A stretch of 64,000 nt of DNA, taken from assembly GCA_951406725.2 (NCBI GenBank), contig OX597814.1, positions 82,584,001-82,648,000 of the forward strand, read 5' to 3'. Below the pieces are notes generated by a model, which worked only from the letters and a program-made list of their open reading frames with translations, had not been told where the DNA came from and did no database searches. Below, piece after piece: positions 40,960-53,639 of the stretch. Each line of letters opens with the position of its first letter. The stretch's first letter is position 1. This stretch comes from Octopus vulgaris. Lineage: Eukaryota. The translations under genes were made by a program, and so were the position numbers.

Positions 40960-41988
40960 TCTGTATCTTGCTGGTACAATATGCTTCCAATCTTTTCTTG
41001 ATTGCATCCTTCTCTTCTAGTTGGACATGAATTCTTTTACTATGTCATCTCGTCATCATCTTGGAGATCTTCTAAGTGGTACCTTCTGATTTCTTGGTTA
41101 CCACTCGAAAACTGCATGGGTCCAAGAGTCTTGCTGCATGTCTGGCCTGGTGGAACTCTCACTTTGAGTATTTCATGACTGCATTGTTCACTCCTCTCTG
41201 TTCTCAAATTACTTTGTTTTGGATATACTCTAGCTGTGACATTCCTTTCCATGGTTCCCTGTGCCATAGCCAGTCTATTCATCCTTTGTTGTAGTCAACA
41301 TCCCACCTGCATATAAGAACACAAATAGGATGGTGTTATTGAAGAGATTGACATGCAGGAGTTAGTCCAACTGTGTTTTGAGCACATCTTTGATTGAGAC
41401 AATTAAATTTGAATGCCTCCCAACCAGCTCTAACTCTGTGCAAGATTTATCAAGTAGATTTACTTCTTCACTTTCTCAATTTCATTGTTTCCCACTACTA
41501 ATTTTAAAAATGCATAGATACTCAGAACTAGAAAACAGTACATGACACACACTCATTCTAACAGTAAGTGTGAGTGAAAGAATGTAAGCTGCCTTTTGTC
41601 TCATATTCATAGATTTTAAAAAGGCCTTTGATAGCATCAAGGTGGATGTAGGGCTGAAGTTGCTCGAAATGTAAGGGATTGAAGCACAACAGATGGAACT
41701 TCTCAGGAAAGTGAATATGGGATGTACCATCGATAAAGCTCTGCTGTCGCTATTCATAACTGTTTCAGATGAAAAAAGTTTCAAACAAAGAGATACTATT
41801 TTTCAAAGCTCTTTACTGATGCAGGAGTGGCTGTATGGTAAGTAGCTTGCTTACCAACAACATGGTTGTGGGTTCAGTCCCACTGCGTGGCACCTTGGAC
41901 AAGTGTCTTCTACTATAGCCTCGGGCCAACCAAAGTCTTGTGAGTGGATTTGGTAGAGGGAAACTGAAAGAAACCCGTCGTATATATG

Positions 41989-42019
<31 letters not shown>

Positions 42020-42435
42020 ATGTTAGTGTGTCTGTGTTTGTCCCTCCAACATCGCTTGACAACCGATGTTGGTGTGTTTACGTCCCTGTAACTTAGCGGT
42101 TCGGCAAAAGAGAACGATAGAATAAGTACTAGGCTTACAAAGAATAAGTCGTGGGGTCAATTTGCTCGACTAAAGGTGGTGCTCCAGCATGGCCACAGTC
42201 AAATGACTGAAACAAGTAAAAGAGTAAAAGAGTAAAGAGTAAAGAGCATGTCTTGAAATGGTCATCAAAAGCATTGATTAGAAAGGTAGTGTCAACATCA
42301 ATGGCAAGCTACTAATATAGTTTCAATTCACAGACTACATAGTGCTCATCAAAAAAACCTCAGATCAGCTGCAAACCATGATGACAAGGCTGGACACCCA
42401 GAGTCAAGGAGTTGACCTTAAAATAAACCTCACAA
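40960..42435. mobile_element. RTE-type LINE remnant with inverted 5' segment, interrupted by a SINE
   Basis: Plus strand: LIFIDFKKAFDSI (41598) and NINGK..QFTDYIVL..QLQTM..LKIN (42246-42430). Minus strand 40960-41520: post-RT C-terminal motifs. Confidence 0.7.
41820..42245 (+). mobile_element. Full-length tRNA-derived SINE
   Basis: GCAGGAGTGGCTGTATGGTAAG A box, GGTTCAGTCCC B-box-like, internal (TA)/(TG) tract, (GTAAAAGA)n tail. Confidence 0.9.
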
Positions 42436-43607
42436 CTCCATTGCACTTCAACTATTATACTGTAATGTAATTCTCACTCTGTCTACTTTACCTGTGTGCA
42501 TTCTTTGTCTTTCTCACTGACATATAAATTCATTCATTATAGTATCAGAATTCTCTCTGTTGGTGTCAAAGTGTTATATTTAATTTTATGTTCAATAATG
42601 AGTCACAAAACCTCATTTTTTAGGATGGAAAATCACTATTTTGGAAGCACATCATATAACTATTCTTGGGGTTATTTTCAGCCAATTAAACAGCTCACTT
42701 TTGATATGTTCTTCATTCTTTTAACATTTTCTGGAGCCCATTAGAGATGATAAAAAAATATTATTTTTGACATTTCTTCAGAGCTAGTCTTTTGCCTGAA
42801 GCTTCCATACTGTTTGGCTCCTCTATGAAGACATTTTTTCACACACAAAAGCATGCCTACTCTCTCTCTCCCTCTCTCTCATTCACACACACGCATGCAC
42901 ATGCACATATGCATGCCTGCATACACATCCGCATGCATGCATGCACGCACCACATCATTTTATTACTAGCAAACAAACGGATAATTTCTTCTTGTGAATT
43001 ATTATACTGGTAATGCTTTGTTTGATACTCACAAGAGAATTTGTGATTTATACACAATGAAAGGCTTTTGTAGCTTTTCATGAGTGTTCATCTTATTGGC
43101 TGTGATTTCTAAATTCTATGAAGACATTCTGAGCTATTTCATTTACACTCTACTTACCAAATGTTCAAATTTATTATGTTGTGACATTTTTGAATTGCTC
43201 CTGTTGCTGCTTCCCTGTGTATTTTGTCTTTGCTGCAGCACATTAATATTTATTCTGGAGTGGTCATGTTCCTGTTAAAATATTAGTGAATAAACTGATA
43301 TATAACATACAAAAATTGTTTTTATCTCATCCATCTTTGACACATTTTGAATATTTATAGCTTAAATATCAACCACTCTTTCAGATTTAAGGCTTTAGAA
43401 TAACAGTGACTAAATTGTGGTTCTCAAAACTAATATGTGCAACTCCCAAGATAATACTGGATTTCAGTGCTATGTTTCTAAAACAACTTTAATATTCTAC
43501 TAACTGGATTTTAAAGTATTAACTAAAAAAAAAAAAAGATTCACTTAAATCCTTCAACAAGTAGCGATCAATCTACTTTAGTAAGTCATACTGTCTAGTG
43601 GTGTCAT

Positions 43608-43660
<53 letters not shown>

Positions 43661-44236
43661 TGTTTAACGTCCGCTTTCTATGCTGGCATGGGTTGGACGG
43701 TTTGACTTGAGGACTGGTGAGCCAGAGACTGCACCAGGCTCAGTCTGATTTGACAATGTTTCTACAGCTGGATGCCCTTCCTAACACCAACTACTCCAAG
43801 AGTGCTTTTACATGCCACCAGCATGAGGGCCAGTTAGGCAGTTCTGGTAACAACCATACTCAAAAGGTGTTTTTTACATGCTACCTGCACAGGAGCCAGT
43901 CCAGTGGCACTAGCAACAGCCACACTCGAATGTTATTTTTTACGTGCCACTGGCACATGTGCCGGTAAGACAACGCTGGAAACAATCATGCTTGAATGGT
44001 GCTTTTTATGAACCACCAGCATGGGAGCCAATCTGTGGCTCTGGCAATGATTATGCTCGGATGTGCTTTTAACATTCCACTGGCATGAGTGCCAATCAAG
44101 GCGGTACTGTCATCGGCCATGTCCGTGATTTTGATTTTGATTTCACTTGCCACAATAGGTCTTCACAAGCAAAGTTTATTATCCAATGAATGAGGGGTAT
44201 TCATAAGTAGGCTGGTTACACCCACTGGCATAGGCC
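43608..44236 (-). mobile_element. RTE LINE 3' UTR with (GAT)n tail
   Basis: Reverse-complement homology to 55300-55745. Confidence 0.85.
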
Positions 44237-44409
44237 TTTTCAAATTTATAAATAGAATTTTAAAAATATTTGTTGTGGCTCTTGAACATAAAAAAATATC
44301 ATGTGTTACTCTCTTACCAATCAATTTGGCCATCTCTGTATAACCTTTTGAATACAAACCCTTAGATTTAACAGTGACAATTAAAATCTGTAAGTACTAT
44401 AATGCTTTC

Positions 44410-44600
44410 CAGATGTATTGAGCAAAATGCTTAGTGGCATTTCCCATGTCTTTATGTTCTGAGTTCAAATTCTGCCCAGCTTAACTTTGCCTTTCATCCT
44501 TTGGGGTTAATAAAATAAGTACCAGTTGAGCACTGGTGTTGATGGAATTGACTTAACCACTCCTTCAAACTGCTGGCCTTGCACCAAAATTTGAAACCAA
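44410..44600 (+). mobile_element. SINE (second family)
   Basis: Homologous to 12816-13030. Confidence 0.7.
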
Positions 44601-45109
44601 TTTAATTCTGTCAATGTAGAATAATATGATTAATGAGACACTATACTAATAGCCACTCACAAAAACATTATGCAAACTAGCACTGATACATAATAATATA
44701 AGAACTGAAATGAAAAACATATCAAAAATTTGAAACTTGGAAACAGGCTACAAGTCTTAGGTAAACAACAAGTATTTACAGTGATTAAGGTCCATACAGA
44801 GAACTGCAACTAATCCCAAATTCAAAGGTTAATCAACCCAGCCAAATCTGAGATAGGATAACATAGCAAGAAAATTTTAAATATCAAGAAAGAACATTAG
44901 GAAGAGTATGTAAGTGGAACAATAGTAATGATATTAATAGATACTTATTCAATAGTATTGACAGGAGGCAATTGATAGACTTAATTTAATATTGTTGAAT
45001 TTTACATGTTTATATCTAGAATTTACTAAGAACTACAATGCAGTTGTTGATAGTGATATAGAAATGATAACACACACTAGAAAAATCTTTCAAAAGTTAT
45101 GACCCACAG

Positions 45110-46150
45110 GTTCCTTCAATATAAGGAACTTCATTATTAAATCTCACATCTCAGTCTGAAGTATAGCCTGGACATTATAGATGGGTTAGAGTTATGACAC
45201 AAGAAATTTGTATCTCAAGTATCTCTGAATAAAATAATAGATGTAACTTCTGTGTTTCTAGGTGGTAGTAAGGGTGATGATTGCTGGACTGAAATCCATA
45301 AATATTGGTGTGCCAAAGGGAGAATTCTCCAATGGATGAATTTTCAATGATTTTACTAAAACCATGCCTCCTACAGATCTGCTTTCCATACTGCACATCA
45401 GTAATCTCTTGCCTATGGTAGAATCAACGTTGCTGTTCTTTTGACTTTAGCAAAACTGCCAACCATGTGCAATAAGATATTTTTTTGAGAAAATACTCTG
45501 CTATGGGGTCCACCCTTCTCTCATTTCTTAGATTGGATGTTTCCTATCAGAGCAACTCATCACACTGTGGCTTGATGGTGCTTTCTCTAACTCAAATTTT
45601 AACAACTTTGTTGATAAAATGCGGGTTCATTCTAACAGCACAAACACCTATAATAGATGAAACCACCTTTCACAACCTTCATACGCTAGTATCACCCACA
45701 TGTCCTTTTTTAAGACAGTAGAGCATGATTTGAGGTACATAAGCTATAATATTTTTGCAGGTAAAATGACCATGTGGGGGCTGTCTATAGGTATCAACTT
45801 TAAAAATTCAAGCTGAATATCAATCCATAGGAAGTAATGTGGTTTTATTCTAGCTTACAGATGCAGAAACCTGTGCCTCAAGTAGCTGTTGGATTCTAGA
45901 GCAGATGCACACTGAATATTGGATAAACAATTAAGATGGTTATAGCATCAAGCATTCCCTTTCAAATCTTTCTCCGTTCAGTGGTGCAAGTGCCATGACA
46001 AAGATGCATTGGAATTGTTTGTCCAACACAAAAGAAGTGTTTACTTCCACTTTAAGGAGCTATTTTACAGGGCAGTAGTAGTTCTTCTCCAACCACCACC
46101 CAGCTTTGAACTTAAGTACCTTATTCCATGTGTTGAAATTTACTACTTCA
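45110..46150 (-). mobile_element. Very degenerate LINE endonuclease-region remnant
   Basis: LWIDI..YRQPP..VGD pattern on the minus strand; many stops. Confidence 0.35.
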
Positions 46151-48423
46151 TTTGTTAGAAATTTTCTGTAATGAAACAAACAAATATTGGAAAATACATC
46201 TTGGTAAGAAGCAAATCACTTTTAATGTTGTACTGGCTAAGAAGTAAAATGTTAGAGGTCAGAATATTCCAGCATATCATTTGAAGTGTTCTATTTCACA
46301 AAAATGTTTCCCAAATAAAATGTTAGGTATAAGTAATTATTGTTCATTCAAAATCAATAGCTTTTTCTTTGTAGACAATGCTGTTGCACATGTTGGTAGT
46401 GGCAGTGATAATAATGTTAATGGTGATAATAATGACTATGATGATAATGATAATGTTGATGATGAACATTAATGCTCTCAAGATACAGTTCACCTGGAGC
46501 TAGTGAGCACCAGAAAAGAATTTGAATGGACTCCAAATAGTCAGAATTCCATAGACTTCTACTTCTCTTGCTCTTCCTCCTCCATATCATCATTTTAACT
46601 TTTTTTTTGCCATTTTCCCATGCTGAGATAAATTGAACAGGTTTGTATAATACTTCATCACTCTATTTGTATTGATCCATCATCATAATCTATAGAAACC
46701 AAACATTCTTAGATCTAACCATGCTATTTCTCTCCAAGTCTTCCTAACATTCTCTACAGGTGCCTTTTATTATTTACTGAATGATATTTGATAAAAAAAA
46801 AAAGAAATCAAAGATTAAAAACCAAGTTGTGATTGACTAGTTCTATGCTGCTATTGTTGTTTAACCCCAAATCAACTTTGACAGAATAGATCTATGATAA
46901 AAGCATTCCAGCTGTGACCATCTATAATAATTTCAGATAATGTATCCAGAACTATTATCTAAATTCTGATTCCACATCATTCAGACAGTAAAGTGTGGTT
47001 TGAGGGGAATTTAGCTGCTTTTTTTTAGCAGGTCAAGTGATCACATAGAGGCTCCCTTCTTGACTCCTAACAGTGTGTGTTCTTGTTGTCATGTATCTCT
47101 CCAGGTTAGTCCTAATGAAGCAAATCAGGACTATAATAAAATGCGCTTCAGCCATGACCTTTTCAGCTTTTTAGGCATATATTGAACAACTATATTATCT
47201 AAAATTATCTAATATGTTCTTTCCTTTCTTAAAATAGTAGGGCATGATTTGATGGAGATTCAGCTGCTATGTCTAGCAGAATGAGAAATCACATGCAGGC
47301 TCCCCCATTGACTCGTGATAGCATTTGTATAGATTGACTATAACCAATAGGTCATTATTTTAGTTTATATTAGAATTCCTCTCGCAATATCCATTTTATT
47401 ATTTTCAATTATTTTGAGTGGTATACATTCTGAGTTTGATTTTTCTTATATTTATGTTTTGTTTCATTTCATTTTATTTTTTTATTAAGTAGGTTTCTTA
47501 TTGACAAATATGTTTTTTCTCCCAACATAGTTTTTAATTTTATTGACTAAGTTTGAAAAGAAAATTTATCAGTGTTTGCTCTTGGGAAAATATAACTTGT
47601 AATGTATTCTTAATGAATTCCAGTAATAATGTAATGATATCTGTTTCAAAGGACTTTGAATGGTTTGGAAAATTTCAAAAGAGATTTAAAAGAGATTTGA
47701 ATTATTGGTGCAGTAAACAGTTTTAGAAGTAATGAAAGAATTAAGAAACTTCATTAGTCTTAGATTGGTGAAACATCTGAAATCTGAAAATTTTCTGAGT
47801 TGTGTGAATGTTTTATTAGCTGATTGGTAACATGTTAATTTCAACATTAAAGAATGTTGATGTTCATAAATTTGTGACATTTTATTTTTGGCTTGTGACT
47901 TATTTTTATCAGTATTTCTTGAAAAAATAAACTTCTATAGAGATTAGGATTTAAATTCCAGTCTATGAAAAGTTTCCATTCTACAATATTCTTAAAGGAA
48001 CAAAAAATTATCCAGCAACTCAAGTTAATATGAATGAAACTGGTGGGTCTAAAAGGCTAACAGGCATCTCTTGAAATACTTTTAATTTTTATGATTATAG
48101 ATAACAATTTGGGGTGTAACTTCTGAGCCCGAGTCAGGCACGTGTGAACAATGTTGAGAGAAAGTCTGCTATGAATGATATTTTTTGACACAGGACAACC
48201 ATCAGACTCTAAATGAAAATAAATGAACTGTGACCAGGCTCAATAAAAGGAGCCCAAGTTATTGGCTGCAATACTTGAAGTCAGTGTTGGTAGAAATTAA
48301 ATAAGCTTACAAATACACATTCACTTTACTAAATTTATACTCGGGCTAAGCATGAACAGCCTGAGTGCTGGAGTTGCCACTGATATATTTGTATTCCTCA
48401 ACCCAATATATATACATATATAA

Positions 48424-49692
48424 ATTGGGTTGAGAGTTTTTTTTTCAAATTTAAAAATGCATGCAGAAATAAAATGCATTGGCTAAATGTTTTATGTTAT
48501 TTAAAAGAATTTTTTGCTCTAAAAGGCAGCATGTTTTGACTTTTTAATTTCATTGATTTTTATGCATTTTTCAGATCACTAAAATAGTATGTCAAGTGGA
48601 CAAAACTGAGCCTTTTTGACACCATTTGCATTTAATCGAGGTATTAAGGTCACTGAAGCTGCTTGTGAGATTTGTGCTGTGTATGGAGAAGGAGCAATGC
48701 CTCAAAGTATATCCTGCCATTGGATTCTGCATTTCAAATAATTAGAATTTTGACATCAAGGATGGATCACACACTGGTCGACCAAGTGACTTCAATAAAG
48801 AGCAATTGAATCGACTTCTTCACGAAAATCCATGTCAAATGACCAGAGAATTGGTGGAACAGATGGATTGTGATAAAAGAATCTGTGGTGAACTACCTTC
48901 ACTCAATGGGCAAAGTTCAGAAACTCAGCGCTTGGGCGCCACACAGGTTGAGGTGTAAACAACAAAAATCAATGCTCCACAATTGCTGCCAGTTTGCTCA
49001 TTTGACATCAGTCAACACATGGTCACAAACAGCATTTTCTTTACCGCAGTGTTACTGGTGATGAAAAATGGTGCCTTTACATCAATATGAAGCAGCAAAA
49101 AGAATGGTTCAGCCCTGACAAATAAGTGACTGCGAGCAAAACAAGACCTTCCTCCTCGAAAGACCATATTGTGTGCATGGTGTGACTGAGAAGGCATAAT
49201 TCATTATTAACTGCTTGAGTGCAACCAAACACTCAATATGGAGCTCTACTTTCAACAACTGCACTGACTCAATGAAGCAATTCAGCAAAAAAGACCAAAT
49301 AGGCAAAATAGCATTCTTCTGCAACACAATAGCACTGGTCCTCATATTACCAATATGACAAAAGCCACAATTCAAGAACTTGAATGGGAAGTGCTGCCTC
49401 ATCCTCCATACTCTCCAGACTTGGTGCCATCAGATTTTCATCTCTTTCGACTGCTTTTGAAAGCTTTGCACAGTGTATCGTTCAATAATGACGTGGAATT
49501 GAGGTCTTAATTGGACAAATTCTTTGAGTCAAGACCAAGAGATTTCTATTGCCAAGGCATCGAAAATCTTATTGAATGTTGGGAGGAAGTTGTAAATAAC
49601 AGCAGAGAGTATATTATTGATTAATTTGCTGTAGTTTTTTTGTTTAAAATAAGTTTGAAAAAAACACTCATGAATTATTCCTTAACCCAATA
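48424..49692 (+). mobile_element. Full-length degenerate mariner transposon (~1.27 kb)
   Basis: TIRs ATTGGGTTGAG / CTTAACCCAAT followed by TA; WAPH, VTGDEKW and HPPYSPDLVPSDFHLF motifs; frameshifts and stops. Confidence 0.92.
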
Positions 49693-49712
49693 TACATACA
49701 TACATACATACA

Positions 49713-49742
<30 letters not shown>

Positions 49743-49743
<1 letters not shown>

Positions 49744-50025
49744 TGCTAACCAACCACATGGTTCCGGGTTCAGTCCCACTGCGTGGCATCTTGGGCAAGT
49801 GTCTTCTGCTATAGCCCCGGGCCGACCAATGCCTTGTGAGTGGATTTGGTAGACGGAAACTGAAAGAAGCCTGTCGTATATATGTATATACATATGTATG
49901 TGTGTGTCTATTTGTGTGTCTGTGTTTGTCCCCCTAGCATTGCTTGACAACCGATGCTGGTGTGTTTACGTCCCCGTCACTTAGCGGATGGCCGCAGTCA
50001 AATGACTGAAACAAGTAAAAGAGTA
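49743..50025 (+). mobile_element. Truncated SINE
   Basis: Homologous to 41845-42225 with an internal deletion. Confidence 0.85.
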
Positions 50026-50564
50026 TATATATATATATGTATATATGTATGTATGTATGTTTGTATGTATATATATATGCATATATATATATGTGTGTGT
50101 GTGTGTGTTCATTCTCTACAGACACTTGACAGAAAACATTCAGAGCATTGATTGTTTGAACTTGTTCAGTCAACCGTGTCAGCCTCAACTTACAACACCA
50201 AACATTGTCACTTGATACTAACACATGGACATAGCAGGGAACCTACAAAAATTTCTAAGATCAGTCATGTGACTATCCTCTACAAATGGAATCCTATTCA
50301 AAACATACTAATTTGAGCCATGAACTCCCTATAAAAACAGGGCAAACTTGAAACACTAGTCAGTAGCAACACAACAGAAACATAAACCACATCTTTCTAT
50401 TTGAACTTTTTGAAAATCAGTGTAAATTGTGAAACTGGTTAAAGCTTCAAATATTTTAATAAAAGGTATTTTAAATATTCTCAGTACATCTTCAACTTAT
50501 ATTTTCCTATATTTCTATCCATGTGGAATAAAATATCTTTGTTTTCTATATGTATATGTATATA

Positions 50565-50872
50565 TTGGAGCACTTCATCAGTTATGGCGATGAGGGTCCC
50601 AGCTGATACAATCAACGGAACAGCTTGCCCGTGAACAGCACTCCACGGACATTTGTACCCTTAATGTAGTTCTCAGGGAGATTCAACATGACACAGAGTG
50701 TGACAAGGTGGGCCCTTTGAAATACAGGTCCTACTCATTTTTGCCAACTGAGTGGACTGGAGCAATGTGAAATAAAGTGTCTTGCACAAGGACACAATGC
50801 ATCACCGGGAATTGAACTCATGACCTTACGATAGTGAGCCAAATTCCCTAACCTCTAAGCCACACACCTTCA
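50565..50872 (-). mobile_element. tRNA-derived SINE
   Basis: Minus-strand head GGTGTGTGGCTTAGAGGTTAGG..GAGTTCAATTCC. Confidence 0.75.
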
Positions 50873-50874
50873 CT

Positions 50875-50931
<57 letters not shown>

Positions 50932-51045
50932 GTACATATATATGTGTGTATATGTATATATATGTTTATATATATTTATATATATATGTATATATATGTA
51001 TATAGATATGTATATATATGTATGTGTGTGTGTATATACACACAC

Positions 51046-51080
<35 letters not shown>

Positions 51081-51964
51081 TATATATATTAAACTTGGTA
51101 TAAGAGACATAAATTTAGATAATCATTTATATTTATGATTTACATCAACATAATAAATACATAATTTAAGGAATTACAACATTAATTATAAAATTTCTTT
51201 GTCTATACTAGCAGCCCCCCTCCCCTTGGTCTATACTACCAAACGGCCTCCCCTATAAGTAACAAATGCAATTTATGCATTAGAGAATCTTACATTATTC
51301 TTAATTCATACAATTCAGGCACATTAAATGAATTCTCTGATACCATTCATCCATGTACTCATAAATTTCACTCATCTTTCATGAAACTCTATAAGACGAG
51401 ATATAAGGAATGAAGTATTTGACAGCCCTGCTTTTTCCTCAATTAGTAATTAATTATTTCCAGGATTTATTGGAAAATCGACCTTTTATTTTTTATTCTG
51501 CCATCATCCTTCACTATAGGTTTCCTTCGTATATAAGTGTGAATTATCATAAAAGGGATTACTATCTGATGGCGTAGCTGATGACTGACATAATGTAACC
51601 AAAGATTTCCTTCCTTTCTTTCCTTTCTCCTAAATGTCTTCAAACTTGAATGATTATCTATTTACTTATTCCTGATGAAGGGGACATGTCAGGGTGAATC
51701 TAAAGGATTCACACCTGCTGACTATATACATGACATTTTTCCATCTTATACTGAATGTCAACCTAATACATTCCATGTGTATGTCTTTATATACATATAT
51801 ATATATATATATACAAGATAATAAAATGGAGAAATACATCCAAATCAAATATCAATTACCAGATAATACTCAATCACATACTTTATTAAACCACCACATA
51901 AGAGACTGTAGGGTTAAATATAAAAAGCAGAACAAATCAGTGGAATCATCAGTGGAATAAAGGA

Positions 51965-52505
51965 ATCATCATCATCATCATCATCATCATTTAACGTCCG
52001 CTTTCCATGCTAGCATGGGTTGGACGGTTCAACTGGGGTCTGGGGAGCCCGAAGGCTGCACCAGGCCAGTCAGATCTGGCAGTGTTTCTACAGCTGGATG
52101 CCCTTTCTAACGCCAACCACTCTGAGAGTGTAGTGGGTGATTTTATGTGCCACCGACACAGGTGCCAGACGAGGCTGGCAAACGGCCACGCTTGGATGGT
52201 GTTTTTTATGTGCCACCGACACAGCACGCTCGGATGGTGTTTTTTATGTGCCACCAACACAGGTGCCAGACGAGGCTGGCAGACGGCCACGCTCGGAAGG
52301 TTTTTTTTATGTGCCACCTACACAGGTGCCAGATGAGGCTGGCGAACGGCCACGATCAGATGGTGTTTGTTATTTGCCCACAGCACGGAGGCCAGTCGAT
52401 GCGGTACTGGCTACGGCCACGTTCGGATGGTTTTCTTGTGTGCCACCGGCACTGGTACCACAAAGATACAAATTCCATTGATGTTCATCTATTTTGATTT
52501 GTTTT
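51965..52505 (-). mobile_element. RTE LINE 3' UTR with internal tandem repeats
   Basis: (ATC)n tail; ~63-bp units TTTTATGTGCCACCGACACAGGTGCCAGACGAGGCTGGC; homologous to 55300-55745. Confidence 0.85.
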
Positions 52506-52609
52506 GGTACATAAAAAAGTGTACATAAAAGAGTAATGTTGTATAATAAGTAGAATATATATAAAAGAGAATATAAATACAAGTAAACATAAATATAAGT
52601 ATAAATTAG

Positions 52610-52736
52610 ATCTTACATCTGTTTCGGCCATGTCGATAAGTATGTCTCATTTTACCAATATTAGCCCTTTATGGTTGGTCAATATATAGATATAAATGAG
52701 ACATTTACAAAAATATCACAAGGCCTCTTCGGAGAT
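52610..52736 (-). ncRNA. Type I hammerhead-like motif with long stem II (core U4>C)
   Basis: ATCT-CCGAAGA-GGCC...(ATGTCTCATTT/AAATGAGACAT)...GGCC-GAAAC-AGAT-GTA-AGAT. Confidence 0.65.
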
Positions 52737-52867
52737 TATGTAATATAACTCAGTCTACATATATACCCACATGGGTGTGGGTGTGTACCCACAATAAAAC
52801 ATGTATATATACATATGAGTGCATATACTCACACTCCTATACATATAAAAATATACATTTACATAAT

Positions 52868-53175
52868 GGAGGCGCAATGGCCCAGTGGTTAGGGCAGCGG
52901 ACTCGCGGTCATAGGATCACGGTTGCAATTCCCAGACCGGGCGTTGTGAGTGTTTATTGAGCGAAAACACCTAAAGCTCCACGATGCTCTGTCAGGGGGT
53001 GGTGGCAATCCCTGCTGTACTCTTATGCCATAACTTTCTCTCACTCATTCTTCTGTTGGCCTGCTCGCTTAGCCAGCGGGGTGGTGTCATTTGAAGGCCA
53101 AAACAATGCGAAGCGCATTGTGACCAGTGATGTGTAGCAACATCTGATAGCCTGGTCGGTCACATGGTTACGTGA
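52868..53175 (+). mobile_element. tRNA-derived SINE
   Basis: GGAGGCGCAATGGCCCAGTGGTTAGGGCAGCGGACTCGC head with A box and degenerate B box. Confidence 0.8.
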
Positions 53176-53346
53176 TATGTATATATATATAATGAGGGTA
53201 TGAGAGGTAATGGTGTCAAGACGACCTGAAGGTGTCAGGTAATGCTGAGTAAGCGCTATGGACAGACTATAGTTAAGTTCCAGGTTCGATGATTATACGA
53301 ATGAGGAGTCCAGCATAGGTCATATATTAGCTTGCACGTATATATA

Positions 53347-53556
53347 AAATTAACAGAATGAGACAAAAAATCCAAGGCTGTGAAAGTTTTCAGAACATTT
53401 GTAAAGAGAAGGTCTTATAGCTGTTTCCAGGATATTTTATAAATCCCTTCATCAGAAAGGGATATATAAAATATCCTGGAAACAGCTGTAAGACCTTCTC
53501 TTTACAAATGTTCTGAAAATTTTCACACCCTTCGATTTTTTTATTTCATTCTGTTA

Positions 53557-53560
<4 letters not shown>
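53347..53560. repeat. ~100-bp-arm inverted repeat centred on a hammerhead core
   Basis: Arms ~53347-53447 and ~53459-53560; minus strand CTGATGA-AGGGAT..ATCCTG-GAAACAGCT(A/G)TAAG. Confidence 0.85.
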
Positions 53561-53601
<41 letters not shown>

Positions 53602-53639
53602 AATGTATGTATATGTATATATATGTATATATATATGTA

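Noticed and set aside
52141-52455. Regularly spaced repeats that look like a CRISPR array
   Set aside because: The spacers are homologous to each other, the context is a eukaryotic LINE 3' UTR, and there are no cas genes.
52868-52945. tRNA genes (also 29300-29366, 50800-50872, 62670-62742)
   Set aside because: A/B boxes are present but there is no complete cloverleaf and they continue into repeat bodies; these are SINE heads.
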